Below are positions 18,095 to 30,549 of a stretch of 64,000 bases of DNA, in pieces. A model generated the notes under the pieces. That model was given only the letters and a program-made list of their open reading frames with translations. It did no database searches and was not told the DNA's origin. The position numbers were made by a program, and so were the translations under genes. This DNA is from Thermodesulfobacteriota bacterium (GTDB lineage: Bacteria; Desulfobacterota_D; UBA1144; Nemesobacterales; UBA2774), in the NCBI GenBank assembly GCA_965216785.1, contig OZ244197.1, positions 2,400,001-2,464,000 on the forward strand, read 5' to 3'. Each line of letters opens with the position of its first letter. Position 1 is the first letter of the stretch.

Positions 18095-18355
18095 ATGATG
18101 CTTGAAATATTCGCAATAGCCGTCATTTTGATAGCCGTACTCATATTATCGCTGATGTTCGAGGTATTTATCTTTTATACCGGAGAGTTAGTTCTATATG
18201 CCCTGACTATAGGGAAACGTCAGCCAAATTGGGACTTTATGGCGTATGAAAAGGACAGCAAGTTTACAATTAGCAGAGACCCCAGCACTATTGTCGGGAT
18301 CGCTTTTTGGATAGTGTTGATTACTTTTTGCGCGTTCTTAGTCGCCGGAATATAA
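18095..18355 (+). CDS. small two-TM hypothetical membrane protein
   Basis: Two hydrophobic stretches; AAGGTG upstream. Confidence 0.6.
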   Translation: MMLEIFAIAVILIAVLILSLMFEVFIFYTGELVLYALTIGKRQPNWDFMAYEKDSKFTISRDPSTIVGIAFWIVLITFCAFLVAGI

Positions 18356-18361
18356 GCCGGA

Positions 18362-19600
18362 CTACTCCATATCACCTTTCCCCTTATACGTAATCAGCAG
18401 GAGTCCGCCTAGCACTGCAAGAGCGCCGTAGAGTATGAGCGGCAGCGGGATCAGTATTGCCGCTAAGATGCCTCCCATAGCCGCGCTCAAAGACTCGGCC
18501 CCGACTTGGAGCGCCAGGTTATTGCCAAGCACCCGTCCCTGCCTCTTGGGACTAACGAGCGTAGATAGGTACGATCCGCAGGCGGCAATGGCTATAACAG
18601 TCAGGAAAGTAGAAGAGCCCGCAGTCAACCAATACCAAGAATCTGACTTGGGTATTACAATAGTTATCATCAATAAGCCGCCTACTACAGAGCCCCAGAT
18701 GGTCATCTGTCTTATGCTCAGGTGTCTTGATATCGGCTTGAAAAAGAATGTGTTGGCAATCCCGGCGACAACAGCAAGGTATGCGTAATATAACGTGACT
18801 TTATCGGTCGGGAAATGCCACTCGCCTACCATGTACATCTGTATAACACGGTAAAAGCCGAATATTGACAGATATATAATGAAGTTCACAAGATACACGC
18901 GTCTTATGGGCAGATCGGTGAACACTGTGGCAAGGTTAGTAAAGGTTTTAAAGTAGCTTATTTCTTTTTCTTTATCGGGCACAAATGGGTCGTCGAAACT
19001 CTTCCAGATCCATATGTAAGTGAAGACAAGGAATACTATCACTACCCAAAACGGTATGTCGTAACCGAAATGAATAGCCAGCGGGCCGCCTATGAGAGGG
19101 CCTAATATGTAGCCCAGGCTCTCTGAGCCGTAGAGGTAGGCAAAGAGCGTGCCCCTATCCTCCGCTGTGCTTACGTCGGCTATGGAGCTCTGGCATATGG
19201 CAACGTTAGACTCTGAAAGCCCACACAGGAAACAGGCGGCCATAAGTAGCCAGAGGGATTTGATTTCAAGTGAGAAAGCGATTACTGCATAAAAGAAAAT
19301 TACGAATATAAGAGAGATTAGCAGCACTCGTTTTCTCCCGAATTTGTCAGCGAATGAGCCGATCACAGGGGCGCCGAAGAACTGCCCCAGGGGATAGAGC
19401 GCGAGCAGTATACCACCGTATATTACTTTGGTGGAAGATGAGATAGACTTGTCAAAAAACCCATCGCTGTAGGCAAGCATAGGGATAAAAAGCGTCACCA
19501 TCATCGCGTATCCGGTAAACGCTATGAATATCACAAGGTAAAGCGGCAGGAGAGGATGAAGGTCCGTTGTTGAGGGCTGTTTAGAGGCGGGCAAGCTCAT
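18362..19600 (-). CDS. MFS transporter (DHA1/TetA-like), paralog of 16086-17324
   Basis: Motif A GSFADKFGRKRVL. Starting at 19600 gives 412 aa, the same length as the paralog. Confidence 0.92.
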   Translation of the reverse strand: MSLPASKQPSTTDLHPLLPLYLVIFIAFTGYAMMVTLFIPMLAYSDGFFDKSISSSTKVIYGGILLALYPLGQFFGAPVIGSFADKFGRKRVLLISLIFVIFFYAVIAFSLEIKSLWLLMAACFLCGLSESNVAICQSSIADVSTAEDRGTLFAYLYGSESLGYILGPLIGGPLAIHFGYDIPFWVVIVFLVFTYIWIWKSFDDPFVPDKEKEISYFKTFTNLATVFTDLPIRRVYLVNFIIYLSIFGFYRVIQMYMVGEWHFPTDKVTLYYAYLAVVAGIANTFFFKPISRHLSIRQMTIWGSVVGGLLMITIVIPKSDSWYWLTAGSSTFLTVIAIAACGSYLSTLVSPKRQGRVLGNNLALQVGAESLSAAMGGILAAILIPLPLILYGALAVLGGLLLITYKGKGDME

Positions 19601-19722
19601 CCAGCACATTATAACAAATAAATCGGGGTTTGATACAGCCATTTCCCTATACCGGCCTGATACGGAAATTTTTGAGACAGTTATGATATACTTCCCGGAT
19701 TAAAATTTTAAAAGGACATTCA

Positions 19723-20442
19723 ATGGCAACGAAAAAAAGAAAATGGAATGAGTTGAGAAAAGTAAAAATCACCCGTGGAGTAATGAAGAACGCCGAAGGC
19801 TCGGCGCTCATAGAAATGGGGGATACAAAAGTTCTTTGCTCGGCATCGGTCGAAGAAAGGGTGCCGCCGTTTTTAAGAGACACTGGCAAGGGATGGGTTA
19901 CAACTGAGTACGCCATGCTCCCGCGAGCGACGCAGGAGAGGGTGAGGCGCGACAGCGTGAGAGGGAAAATAGGCGGGCGCTCGCACGAGATACAGAGAAT
20001 AATCGGAAGAGCGTTAAGGGCGGTGATTGATCTCGACAAGCTGGGTGAACGCTCCGTTACAATAGACTGCGATGTCCTGCATGCTGACGGCGGCACGAGG
20101 ACTGCGTCTATCACCGGCGCGTTCGTAGCGCTATATGAAGCCTCGTTATACCTAAAGAAAAACAAACTCGTCGAAGAGCTTCCTGTGACGGATTTCATCG
20201 CGGCGGTGAGCGTGGGCATTATAGACGGGGAGCTTATGCTTGATCTAGACTACGAGCTAGACTCAAAAGCCGAGGTGGACATGAACGTCGCCATGACGGG
20301 AAGAGGTCTCTTAGTTGAAGTGCAGGGTACGGCGGAGGGAAAACCCTTTTCAAAGAGTAAGCTGACAGAGATGATAAAGCTTGCAGAGAAGGGCATTACG
20401 GAGCTAATAGCCGGGCAAAAGAAAACGCTGAGAGTAAAATAA
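19723..20442 (+). CDS. rph: ribonuclease PH
   Basis: Motifs [33 protein letters not shown] and EVQGTAE. Confidence 0.97.
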   Translation: MATKKRKWNELRKVKITRGVMKNAEGSALIEMGDTKVLCSASVEERVPPFLRDTGKGWVTTEYAMLPRATQERVRRDSVRGKIGGRSHEIQRIIGRALRAVIDLDKLGERSVTIDCDVLHADGGTRTASITGAFVALYEASLYLKKNKLVEELPVTDFIAAVSVGIIDGELMLDLDYELDSKAEVDMNVAMTGRGLLVEVQGTAEGKPFSKSKLTEMIKLAEKGITELIAGQKKTLRVK

Positions 20443-20443
20443 A

Positions 20444-21028
20444 ATGATAAAAGAAGTCATATTAGCCACAAGGAATAAAGGGAAAGTAAAAGAGTTCGCC
20501 GATCTCCTAGGGGGCGTTATTGAAAACGTAATATCGCTTGACGACCTGGATAATCCGCCAGAGGTTATAGAGGACGGGGAAACTTTCACTGATAACGCTC
20601 TTAAAAAGGCCCGCACAATAGCGCAGTACTCCGAAAAACCAGCGCTGGCGGACGATTCCGGTCTTGCAGTGGACGCTCTTGGCGGCAGCCCCGGGGTGTA
20701 TTCGGCCCGTTATTCAGGTGAGGGAGCTACGGACAAGACAAATATAGACAAGCTCCTCAAAGAGCTAGGGGATAATCCCAACAGGGAGGCGAGGTTTGTC
20801 TGCGTTCTCGCGCTCGTGTTCCCTGACGGAAAGGAAATAGTGGCAAAAGGGCAATGCCCGGGGGTGATCCTGAACGAGCCAAGGGGCGAGGGCGGATTCG
20901 GTTACGATCCGGTGTTTTATCTCCCGGACAGGGGGAAAACCATGGCCGAAGTCCCGCCCGAAGTAAAAAACACAATCAGCCATAGGGCACGAGCTGTAAT
21001 GAGCTTGAAAGAGATTCTGAGCTCATAA
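20444..21028 (+). CDS. rdgB: XTP/dITP diphosphatase
   Basis: Motifs ATRNKGKVKE, ADDSGL, PGVYSARY, FGYDPVF and KNTISHR. Confidence 0.95.
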   Translation: MIKEVILATRNKGKVKEFADLLGGVIENVISLDDLDNPPEVIEDGETFTDNALKKARTIAQYSEKPALADDSGLAVDALGGSPGVYSARYSGEGATDKTNIDKLLKELGDNPNREARFVCVLALVFPDGKEIVAKGQCPGVILNEPRGEGGFGYDPVFYLPDRGKTMAEVPPEVKNTISHRARAVMSLKEILSS

Positions 21029-21158
21029 ACAGGGCTAAATTTCACAAAACTGAAAATTTATTTCGCTTTACCCTTGCAAGATCAAAAGCTTTTGAATATA
21101 TTAGTAAAGACCTGCACGGTCCCGCCTTTTAATTCTATTTTATTGAGGATTTTATTAG

Positions 21159-22775
<1,617 letters not shown>

Positions 22776-22812
22776 TCTTAATAAAAACCCGGTTGTAAAT
22801 CATAGATAGTGC

Positions 22813-23208
22813 ATGAATACTTTTCACATGAAAAATATTCACTTGCTTTGCTTCTCAGTTCTCCTGAGCTCTTTATTCTTAAGTGCCCCGAAAATCTTTG
22901 CTGACGTACCGGAGTCTCAAAGACGCGAGGTTCTCCACCTGCTGGATTTCGTTATATCGACAGACTGCAGCTTTGAGAGAAACGGCAGCAAACACAGTGG
23001 AGAGGAGGCTTATAAGCATATAAAAAGAAAGTATGAGCACTTTAAAAACAAAATCACCTCGACCGAGGAGTTTGTTGAGTACTCCGCAACAAAAAGCACT
23101 GTTAGCGGTAAGGAATATCTTGTTTATTGTGAAACAGACGCTCCTGTAACATCAAAAGACTGGCTGCTCGATGAGCTTGGCACGTACAGAAATAATGGTG
23201 CAATGTAG
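22813..23208 (+). CDS. secreted DUF5329 (YfeK-like) protein
   Basis: Signal peptide; CSFERNGSKH, HIKRKY and ATKSTVSGKEY. Confidence 0.7.
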   Translation: MNTFHMKNIHLLCFSVLLSSLFLSAPKIFADVPESQRREVLHLLDFVISTDCSFERNGSKHSGEEAYKHIKRKYEHFKNKITSTEEFVEYSATKSTVSGKEYLVYCETDAPVTSKDWLLDELGTYRNNGAM

Positions 23209-23298
23209 GCAGCTTAGCGCATTTTAGTAACTTGATTTAGCCCAATTTTACTAGATAATCTTTATTAAACCCTTTTACTCCTATAAAATAGTTACCGA

Positions 23299-25317
23299 AT
23301 GCCCGATAAGATTCCATCCGAAAGCGAATTAGTGTTGTTCAGAAAACGTAAAGAGCCCGCGCTAGGCATATTTAAAGAGCTCCGCGGGCACAAGCTCGTT
23401 GTATTCTCTGAAGAGGCGAAAGAGATCGAAGTCGATCTTGAGAAAGTAGCATACCGTACCGGTATAAAAATAGAGGAAGGACTCACTCAGTCTGAGAAAA
23501 AACTAAGACTCAGGGAGCTGCGAAGGGAGTTCGATGAGGAGAAGAAGAACCACGATCTCAGGACACTGTGGGAGTGCTTTAGCGGGGATGAGGAAGGGGA
23601 GGAAATAAAGTTTCCCGAGCTAAGGGCCCTGTACTTCCCGGAAAACGACACGGGGCAAAAAGAGTTCACTCATCTTTTCTGGGCGGTAGATAAAGACGAT
23701 ATTTTCTTTAAAAGAGGCGAGGGCGGATATATCGCGAGAACCTCGCAAGACGTTCAGGAACTCATTTTAAAGAAAGAAGCCGAAGCAAAGAAGAAGGAGG
23801 AGAGGAGGCTTGCTCTCATATGGGGAAGGGCCCTGGTTAAAGGAAAGCCACTGGACTCGGATGAGGAATTTGACCCTAAGAATTACATCGAGCTTATAAC
23901 GAACTATATAGTCTATCTAGACAACTACAACAAGGCGCCGGAGGCTAAATCGTTTCTTTCAGAGATCGGGATAAGGGACGTTGAAGGGGCGATAGAATTT
24001 CTTGTAAGCATAGGTAAGTGGGACGCGAACGAAGACCCTATATTTAAACGATTCTCTATAAAAGAGGAGTTCCCCAAAAAAGTTCAGGCCGAGACCGCTG
24101 AGATTCTGGACAAGAGCATCTTTGAGGAAGAGCTGGAAGATATAAGGGACCTTCACATATTCTCTGTTGACGATGAGAACACGGAAGACATTGACGACGC
24201 GCTTTCTATCGAGGAAACAGACGGAGGGTTCAGAGTAGGGATTCACATCGCAAACGTAGCTTACTGGATTGCAAAGTGGAGCGAGCTTGACGTCGAGGCC
24301 GCAAGAAGGGGCGAGACTGTGTATCTGCCCGAAAAACGTATCCACATGTTCCCGCCGGCGCTGATACAAAATAAATTCAGCCTGATTGAAGGAGAAGACA
24401 GGGCCGCGCTGTCGCTCTTTGTTAATTTCGACAAGGAGCTCAATCTGAAAAACTACAGTTTTAAGAATACTCTCATTAACACAGCCCGGAATATTAGCTA
24501 TGAGCAGGCGGTCGAATACTTCGAAAACGATACCCTCGGCAAAAAACTACAGGATATCTCTCTTAACCTCAGGTGCGGCAGGCTGGACGCGGGCGCATTC
24601 ATAATTCAGCTCCCGCAGCTTAAAATTAGGGTAGATGATAAATCGGAAATTACTGTAGAGAAAAACTACATGGACACCGAGGCCCACAGAGTCGTGGCTG
24701 AGATGATGATATTAATGAACACTACCGCCGGGAAATTCTTAAGGGACAACCACATTCCGGGGATATACCGCTCGCAGCCGGAGTCCGTGTCTGAAGACGC
24801 CAGAACTTACGATACCTCAGACCCTTTATACGCGCTTTCCGTTGTGAAATATCTCCGAGCCCCCAGGGTAGGACTGAGCCCTGAGCCGCACAGGTCCCTA
24901 GGGCTGGACGTATACACCCAGGTCTCTTCACCAATAAGACGATATACGGACCTCATGATGCAGAGGCAGATTGTGTCTTACCTTACATCAGAGGAGTACA
25001 CATACTCTGAAGACGAACTTGAAAATCTTTACCCAAGAATAGAAATGGGCGTTCGCGACAAGCGCAATGTAGAAAGGTCAAGGGAAAGGTACTGGCTATA
25101 TAAGCACTTTGAGGAGATTAAAGGCAAAGAGCTTCCCGGTATTGTGAGCTCGATATCCGGAAGCAGAGCAAACGTATATCTTCCCGACTACCTGATGGAG
25201 GTGCCGGTCACGATTAGCACCAAAGATTTGCTCGAAACAGGTAAAGGAATCAAGGTCAGGATTGACAGCGTGGACCCTCTGAGAAGAAGGCTTTCGCTTA
25301 GCGAAAAGAGGGTTTAA
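23299..25317 (+). CDS. ribonuclease II/R (RNB domain) family exoribonuclease
   Basis: Catalytic motif SVDDENTEDIDDALS; HIANV; SSPIRRYTDL. Confidence 0.92.
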   Translation: MPDKIPSESELVLFRKRKEPALGIFKELRGHKLVVFSEEAKEIEVDLEKVAYRTGIKIEEGLTQSEKKLRLRELRREFDEEKKNHDLRTLWECFSGDEEGEEIKFPELRALYFPENDTGQKEFTHLFWAVDKDDIFFKRGEGGYIARTSQDVQELILKKEAEAKKKEERRLALIWGRALVKGKPLDSDEEFDPKNYIELITNYIVYLDNYNKAPEAKSFLSEIGIRDVEGAIEFLVSIGKWDANEDPIFKRFSIKEEFPKKVQAETAEILDKSIFEEELEDIRDLHIFSVDDENTEDIDDALSIEETDGGFRVGIHIANVAYWIAKWSELDVEAARRGETVYLPEKRIHMFPPALIQNKFSLIEGEDRAALSLFVNFDKELNLKNYSFKNTLINTARNISYEQAVEYFENDTLGKKLQDISLNLRCGRLDAGAFIIQLPQLKIRVDDKSEITVEKNYMDTEAHRVVAEMMILMNTTAGKFLRDNHIPGIYRSQPESVSEDARTYDTSDPLYALSVVKYLRAPRVGLSPEPHRSLGLDVYTQVSSPIRRYTDLMMQRQIVSYLTSEEYTYSEDELENLYPRIEMGVRDKRNVERSRERYWLYKHFEEIKGKELPGIVSSISGSRANVYLPDYLMEVPVTISTKDLLETGKGIKVRIDSVDPLRRRLSLSEKRV

Positions 25318-25339
25318 GCCCTAAATTACAGGGGGAAGT

Positions 25340-26752
25340 TTACGAATCCCCTTTTTCCTTCAGCGCTTCCATAATATCTTCTATCTTTGTGAATTTATGG
25401 CGGGGTTTCCCAAGCGCTTTACCCCTCTCGATCTCAAGCTCGTTAAGCCTGAGCCAGTCCTCATAGGTAACATAGTCGGGCTTTCGCTCCTTTAGAAGCT
25501 CGATGACGCTTTCTGGATCCGGGTGCTGGGGGATATTGATGCTTTCTTTTTCAATGTCCTCGCATATGCAGTCAACGGTCTCGCCGGAGTCCTTTTTATT
25601 GGTTCCGATTACGCCGGAGGGTCCTCTCTTTATCCAGCCGGTCGTATAGAGCCCGGGGATATGCTCTTCGGTTTCAAGATCGGTAATGCGCCCCTTTATG
25701 TTATGTATTACGCCCCATTTCTCGTGAAACGGCACGCCGGGCAGTGCTACGCCGTGATAACCTATGGAGCGGAAAACGAGCCCTACGGGGATTTCCTCGA
25801 ATTCTTCGGTGGGCCTTGGTCTAAGGCTCCCGTCTTCAGTTTTATAAAGCTCGTTCTTCACGAGTTTTATCGCTCTTACATTCCCGTCTTCATCGCCGAG
25901 TATCTCCACCGGAGAGACAAGAAAGCGAATGTGAAGCTTCTTTGACTTATCATGTTCTCTTTCTTCTGAAAAGGAACTTAGTATCTCGTGTTTTTTCCGG
26001 GCGCTCACGTCCTCTGTCTCCTTCAAATGCTTATCGGAGTGGATGTCCAGAACGATCTCGTCTTTTTTTGTAATAGCGTGGGCGTCTTCGAGGTTGCCAA
26101 GCTCTCTTACTTCAGGGTTCGTAAAAGCGGCCTGAAGTGGGCCTCTGCGGCCAAGAAGGTATACCTCTTTTACTCCGCTCTCTTTGAGCGCTTCAAGGGC
26201 ATAGTCGGCAATGTCGGTCTCTCCAAGCTCTTCTTCGGTCCTGCACAGTATTCGGGCCACGTCAACGGCGACATTGCCGACGCCGACAATGGCAACCGCC
26301 TCAGCCGACAGATCGAACTCAGACTCGCCGTAATGGGGGTGGCCGTTGTACCACGCCACAAACTCGGTTGCGGTGTGAGAGCCCTTCAGGTCCTCTCCCG
26401 GGATATTCATCCGTCTGTCCGTTTCCGCTCCTGTAGCGAATATTATCATATGATAATGCCTTTTGAGGTCTTCCATCATAATGTCTTTTCCGTACTCGAC
26501 ATTGCCGAAAAACCTGAAATTCGGATTCGAAGCGATCTTGTCATACACCCTGGTGACGGATTTAATTTTCTGATGGTCTGGGGCCACACCGGTGCGCACA
26601 AGGCCGTGTGGAGTGGGGAGCTTATCGTACATATCTATCTGGAATTCGTATTCCGTGTGCTTAAAAAGGTGCTCTGCCGCGTAAAAGCCCGCTGGTCCAG
26701 ACCCTATAACCGCGACTCTTATAGGTCCTTGTGAATTTGATTTATCTGTCAT
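25340..26752 (-). CDS. NADPH-ferredoxin reductase (FprA/adrenodoxin reductase type)
   Basis: Motifs GSGPAG, GLVRTGVAPDH, GVGNVAVDVAR and GWIKRGPSGVIGTN. Confidence 0.92.
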   Translation of the reverse strand: MTDKSNSQGPIRVAVIGSGPAGFYAAEHLFKHTEYEFQIDMYDKLPTPHGLVRTGVAPDHQKIKSVTRVYDKIASNPNFRFFGNVEYGKDIMMEDLKRHYHMIIFATGAETDRRMNIPGEDLKGSHTATEFVAWYNGHPHYGESEFDLSAEAVAIVGVGNVAVDVARILCRTEEELGETDIADYALEALKESGVKEVYLLGRRGPLQAAFTNPEVRELGNLEDAHAITKKDEIVLDIHSDKHLKETEDVSARKKHEILSSFSEEREHDKSKKLHIRFLVSPVEILGDEDGNVRAIKLVKNELYKTEDGSLRPRPTEEFEEIPVGLVFRSIGYHGVALPGVPFHEKWGVIHNIKGRITDLETEEHIPGLYTTGWIKRGPSGVIGTNKKDSGETVDCICEDIEKESINIPQHPDPESVIELLKERKPDYVTYEDWLRLNELEIERGKALGKPRHKFTKIEDIMEALKEKGDS

Positions 26753-27001
26753 TATCTGCTTTCCTAAGTCAATTAGTTTATATTGAATTTGTGCTGGTTT
26801 AGGCAGCTATGTCAGGTATTTTGATATGAGAGGAGCAAGTCCGTACATTCTTTAAATTCAATATATATATTATACTTAAACCGGGTTTGAAAAGTATTGC
26901 CCGGCATTATTTAACGGATGATAACTATACAATAAATCTGAAAAATTCATATAGTTTATTGTGCGAATACTGATTTTCAGGATACGGATTATTAACAAAA
27001 T

Positions 27002-29305
27002 ATGACATCTAAAGCCACAATTGAGAGAGCCGACTTCCATCTGAAGATTGTAAAAGAAATTAGCGAGCTGGTTAACCAGTCGACTGGTCTCAATACCGTA
27101 TTAAAAAAAGTAGTAAGTAAAATCGGAGGTTCTTTGCACTTCGATGTGGTCTCGGTATACCTGTGGGATAGCGAGAAAGGGGTTCTTTCGCTCAGGTCTA
27201 CAAAAGGGCTGAGCGTAGACCCGCTTAAGCACCCGATCACTCTGAGCCCGGAAGAGGGACTCACGGGGCTTGTTTATCAAACCTCAAGACCGCTGACAGT
27301 CATGCCAGCGTCAAAGCACAAGCGTTACCGTTATTTCCCCGAGATAGGCGAGGAAGAGTACGAAAGCTACATCGGAGTACCGATACTGCTTCAGAACAGG
27401 TGCATCGGTGTACTGGTCGGTCAGACGAAAGAGAAAAGGGCCGTGACTCCAGCGGAAGAAACACTTTTTCAGATCATCGCCTCTAACCTCGCGGGACTGC
27501 TTGAAGTCGCTGACCGGCTGGAGCGGCTAAAAACTCCTTCCATAATAAAACACGAGACAAGATCTCACCAGGGTAAAGGGGTTTCAAGCGGTATAGCCAT
27601 TGGCAACGTGTTTATGTTCCGCGGCCTGTTCAGACAGATAAGCAACGAGAAGTTAAAGTCCAGAGGTCCGGAGGTTGAGTTAAAGAGGCTCAAACAAGCA
27701 CTGAGGGATGTAGAGGAAGAAATAAAGCACGTAATCAAGACCCTAGACTCAGAGGCGCTTCTGAGTAAAGCAGAGATAGATATATTCAGGGCGCACCTGC
27801 TGGTGCTTCAGGGCTCAACTCTCAGGGCAACCCTGCTTCAGAGGCTCGAAGAAGGTGACATACCGGCCGAGCTTGCGGTGATTGAGGGCATTGAGTCTAT
27901 AGCGGAGCAGTTCGAAGGCCTGAGCGACAGATATCTGCGGGAAAAGGCCCAGGACTTCCGGGACATCGGTGAGAGAATATTACAGGAGCTTGTAAAACAT
28001 AAAAAAGGCCGAAAAGCGGCCTCCGAGCCCATGGAGGGCTCTGTACTCGTCGCCTATGAGATTGGCCCCTCTTTTATATCCATGCTCTTAAAAAATAAAT
28101 TCTCCGCGCTCGTAATAGAAAAAGGGGGTGAGACCTCTCACGCGGTGATTATAGCAAAGTCGCTCGGAATACCGGCAGTGGTCGGTATTGACAATATTTT
28201 CGGGCTCGTGAGAGCGGGGGAGAAGGTTATTGTAGACGGAAAGACCGGGTTTATATTTTCAAATCCGGACGAGAGCCTGATTGAGGAGTACGAGAGTACG
28301 TACGGAAAATACGTAAAACTAAGGGAAACGATAGAAGAGGAGGGGAAATTACCTTCCTCTGAAGAGAAGATCGGCATAGAGCTTTCGGCTAATATAGGCT
28401 TTCCTATCGACGTTCAGCTCGCAAGGCAGTACGGGATCAAGGACGTAGGGCTGTTTCGCACAGAGTTTGCTTTCGCTCAGTATGAAAGATGGCCTAAAGT
28501 GAGGGAGCAGGTAGGGATTTATAAAAAGCTCGCAGAGGAATTTGAAGGCACCGTTACTGTAAGGACTTTAGATGTAGGCACAGACAAGCTGCTTCCTTAT
28601 TTTGACTTTCCTAAGGAAGAAAACCCGCTCCTGGGACTGCGCGCGATAAGGTTCTCTATGGAGTATCTTGATCTATTTAAAGACCAGATAAAGGCTATAC
28701 TCCTGGCAACAAAAAAAGGGCACAGGTTCAGGATACTGCTGCCGCTGATCACGAATTTCTGGGAAGTCGAGACCGCCAAGGAGATTATTGAGCAGCTCTC
28801 ACAGGAAGTGGGACTGTCAAGAGCGGACATTCCTCCGCTTGGGATAATGATGGAAGTACCGGCAATAGTGTATCAGTTAAATGATTTCAAGGATGTCATC
28901 GATTTTATATCCATAGGCACAAACGATTTAATTCAGTACATACTGGCAGTAGACAGAAACTCCAATATGGTGGGTCACCTGTACTCGGGTTTTCACCCGG
29001 CTGTGCTCAGAGCGCTCGACCACATTGAGTACAGGACAAGAGAGCTGGGCATAGACGTCTCGGTGTGCGGCGAGCTTGCGGGAACGCCCTCGGGCGCGCT
29101 GTGCCTGCTTGCGCTTGGGTACAGGCACTTTAGCGTATCTCCTTCTCATGTGCCGGTCATAAGATATTTATGCAACAGACTCGACAAAAATGTTCTCGAT
29201 TCGCTGCGCGCGCAGACGCTTCATATCAACAAACGCTCAGACATTGAGCGCCACCTGATAGAGACGCTCGAGCAGATAGACCCCGCTCTTATAGAAATAG
29301 AATAA
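27002..29305 (+). CDS. ptsP: GAF-domain PEP-protein phosphotransferase (EI-Ntr type)
   Basis: N-terminal GAF domain; phospho-His motif TSHAVIIAKSLGIP; GLFRTEF, SIGTNDL and VCGELA. Confidence 0.92.
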   Translation: MTSKATIERADFHLKIVKEISELVNQSTGLNTVLKKVVSKIGGSLHFDVVSVYLWDSEKGVLSLRSTKGLSVDPLKHPITLSPEEGLTGLVYQTSRPLTVMPASKHKRYRYFPEIGEEEYESYIGVPILLQNRCIGVLVGQTKEKRAVTPAEETLFQIIASNLAGLLEVADRLERLKTPSIIKHETRSHQGKGVSSGIAIGNVFMFRGLFRQISNEKLKSRGPEVELKRLKQALRDVEEEIKHVIKTLDSEALLSKAEIDIFRAHLLVLQGSTLRATLLQRLEEGDIPAELAVIEGIESIAEQFEGLSDRYLREKAQDFRDIGERILQELVKHKKGRKAASEPMEGSVLVAYEIGPSFISMLLKNKFSALVIEKGGETSHAVIIAKSLGIPAVVGIDNIFGLVRAGEKVIVDGKTGFIFSNPDESLIEEYESTYGKYVKLRETIEEEGKLPSSEEKIGIELSANIGFPIDVQLARQYGIKDVGLFRTEFAFAQYERWPKVREQVGIYKKLAEEFEGTVTVRTLDVGTDKLLPYFDFPKEENPLLGLRAIRFSMEYLDLFKDQIKAILLATKKGHRFRILLPLITNFWEVETAKEIIEQLSQEVGLSRADIPPLGIMMEVPAIVYQLNDFKDVIDFISIGTNDLIQYILAVDRNSNMVGHLYSGFHPAVLRALDHIEYRTRELGIDVSVCGELAGTPSGALCLLALGYRHFSVSPSHVPVIRYLCNRLDKNVLDSLRAQTLHINKRSDIERHLIETLEQIDPALIEIE

Positions 29306-29400
29306 CACGGCCAGGATTGAGTGTATCTTTATTATAGGTACTAAAAATAGCCGTTAAACTTTTAATTCTTATTTATTGAGGTATTTTTTACCCCCTGATT

Positions 29401-30306
29401 ATGAAAGTCCGAAAAATACACATAATTCTGTTTGTACTTACCGTAATTACGACGTTTGTCACCGGGCTATCGTTCGGCGGGAGTATTACGAGCGCGCTTT
29501 CTTTTTCCGCGGCTCTTTTGTTTATACTCGGCTCACACGAAATGGGTCACTATTACTACGGACGAAAATACGGTGTAGATATAACACCGCCTTATTTCAT
29601 ACCGGCCCCACCGTTTATTTCCCCGATCGGCACGTTCGGGGCTTTTATTAAGATAAAGTCCCCAATATCTTCTAAAAAGGCACTGTTTGATATAGGTATC
29701 GCAGGCCCGCTTGCGGGTATGGTGGCTACGGTGCCTGTGCTTATCCTCGGAATAAAAATGTCGACTATAGTAAATATATCGGAGTATGAATCCGGGGGAG
29801 GGCTCTTACTCGGAACGCCTCTCTTATTCAGCTTTTTTTCAGAAATATTTTTCGGGCAAATTCCTGAAGGCTATGATCTTTTTGTACACCCGGTTGCATT
29901 CGCGGGGTGGGTGGGGCTGTTTGTCACGGCGCTTAACCTTATACCTTCGGGGCAGTTGGACGGCGGGCACATAGTGTACGCCCTGTTTTCAAAGCGCTAC
30001 CACAAGTACGCCTCGGTAACCATGATAGCTCTACTATTCTTATTCGGGGTCGGGACCGAGCCTCTGCTCGCGTTGGCGGCTAAGGCGGCGGGCGGGAACC
30101 TGCCCGATTTTCTGAGCTCAGTCCCTGTGATTGAAGGCTGGCCAGGATGGGTTCTGTGGGCAGCGCTTCTAACTGTTATGGGCACAAAACACCCGCCTAC
30201 TGTGTATGAGGAGTCTGAGCTCGACGGCAGAAGGAAGATGCTAGGGGCTCTTTCGCTCATCATTTTCGTAGTATGTTTCACCCCTGTACCCATAAAGCTA
30301 GCCTAG
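29401..30306 (+). CDS. site-2 protease (M50) membrane metalloprotease
   Basis: HEMGH and NLIPSGQLDGGH. Confidence 0.93.
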   Translation: MKVRKIHIILFVLTVITTFVTGLSFGGSITSALSFSAALLFILGSHEMGHYYYGRKYGVDITPPYFIPAPPFISPIGTFGAFIKIKSPISSKKALFDIGIAGPLAGMVATVPVLILGIKMSTIVNISEYESGGGLLLGTPLLFSFFSEIFFGQIPEGYDLFVHPVAFAGWVGLFVTALNLIPSGQLDGGHIVYALFSKRYHKYASVTMIALLFLFGVGTEPLLALAAKAAGGNLPDFLSSVPVIEGWPGWVLWAALLTVMGTKHPPTVYEESELDGRRKMLGALSLIIFVVCFTPVPIKLA

Positions 30307-30549
30307 ATATTTTAGTTTTAGAGCAGGGATTATTTTGAAAATCCGGCACTTAGATTTTTTCTGGTAAATACGCCCACCTTAAAAAATTTATTATACTTAT
30401 TGAAATATTCCTTACTTTAGGTAAGGTGTTTAGGTTTCTCATACCGTTCGCGGCGGGGTGAAACACAAATCCAAAATAACTGTTAGTAGAAAATTTTAGC
30501 GAATATATAACTATTTGCGCCCAATCAATCTGCATAAGGAGGAAGTATA

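Noticed and set aside
19647-20219. 190-aa minus-strand ORF
   Set aside because: Antisense to rph.
25523-26734. Plus-strand ORFs of 140 and 248 aa
   Set aside because: Antisense to the ferredoxin reductase; no recognisable motifs.
30434-30464. UUCG-capped hairpin upstream of gltA as a riboswitch
   Set aside because: A single imperfect hairpin with no recognisable aptamer or expression platform.
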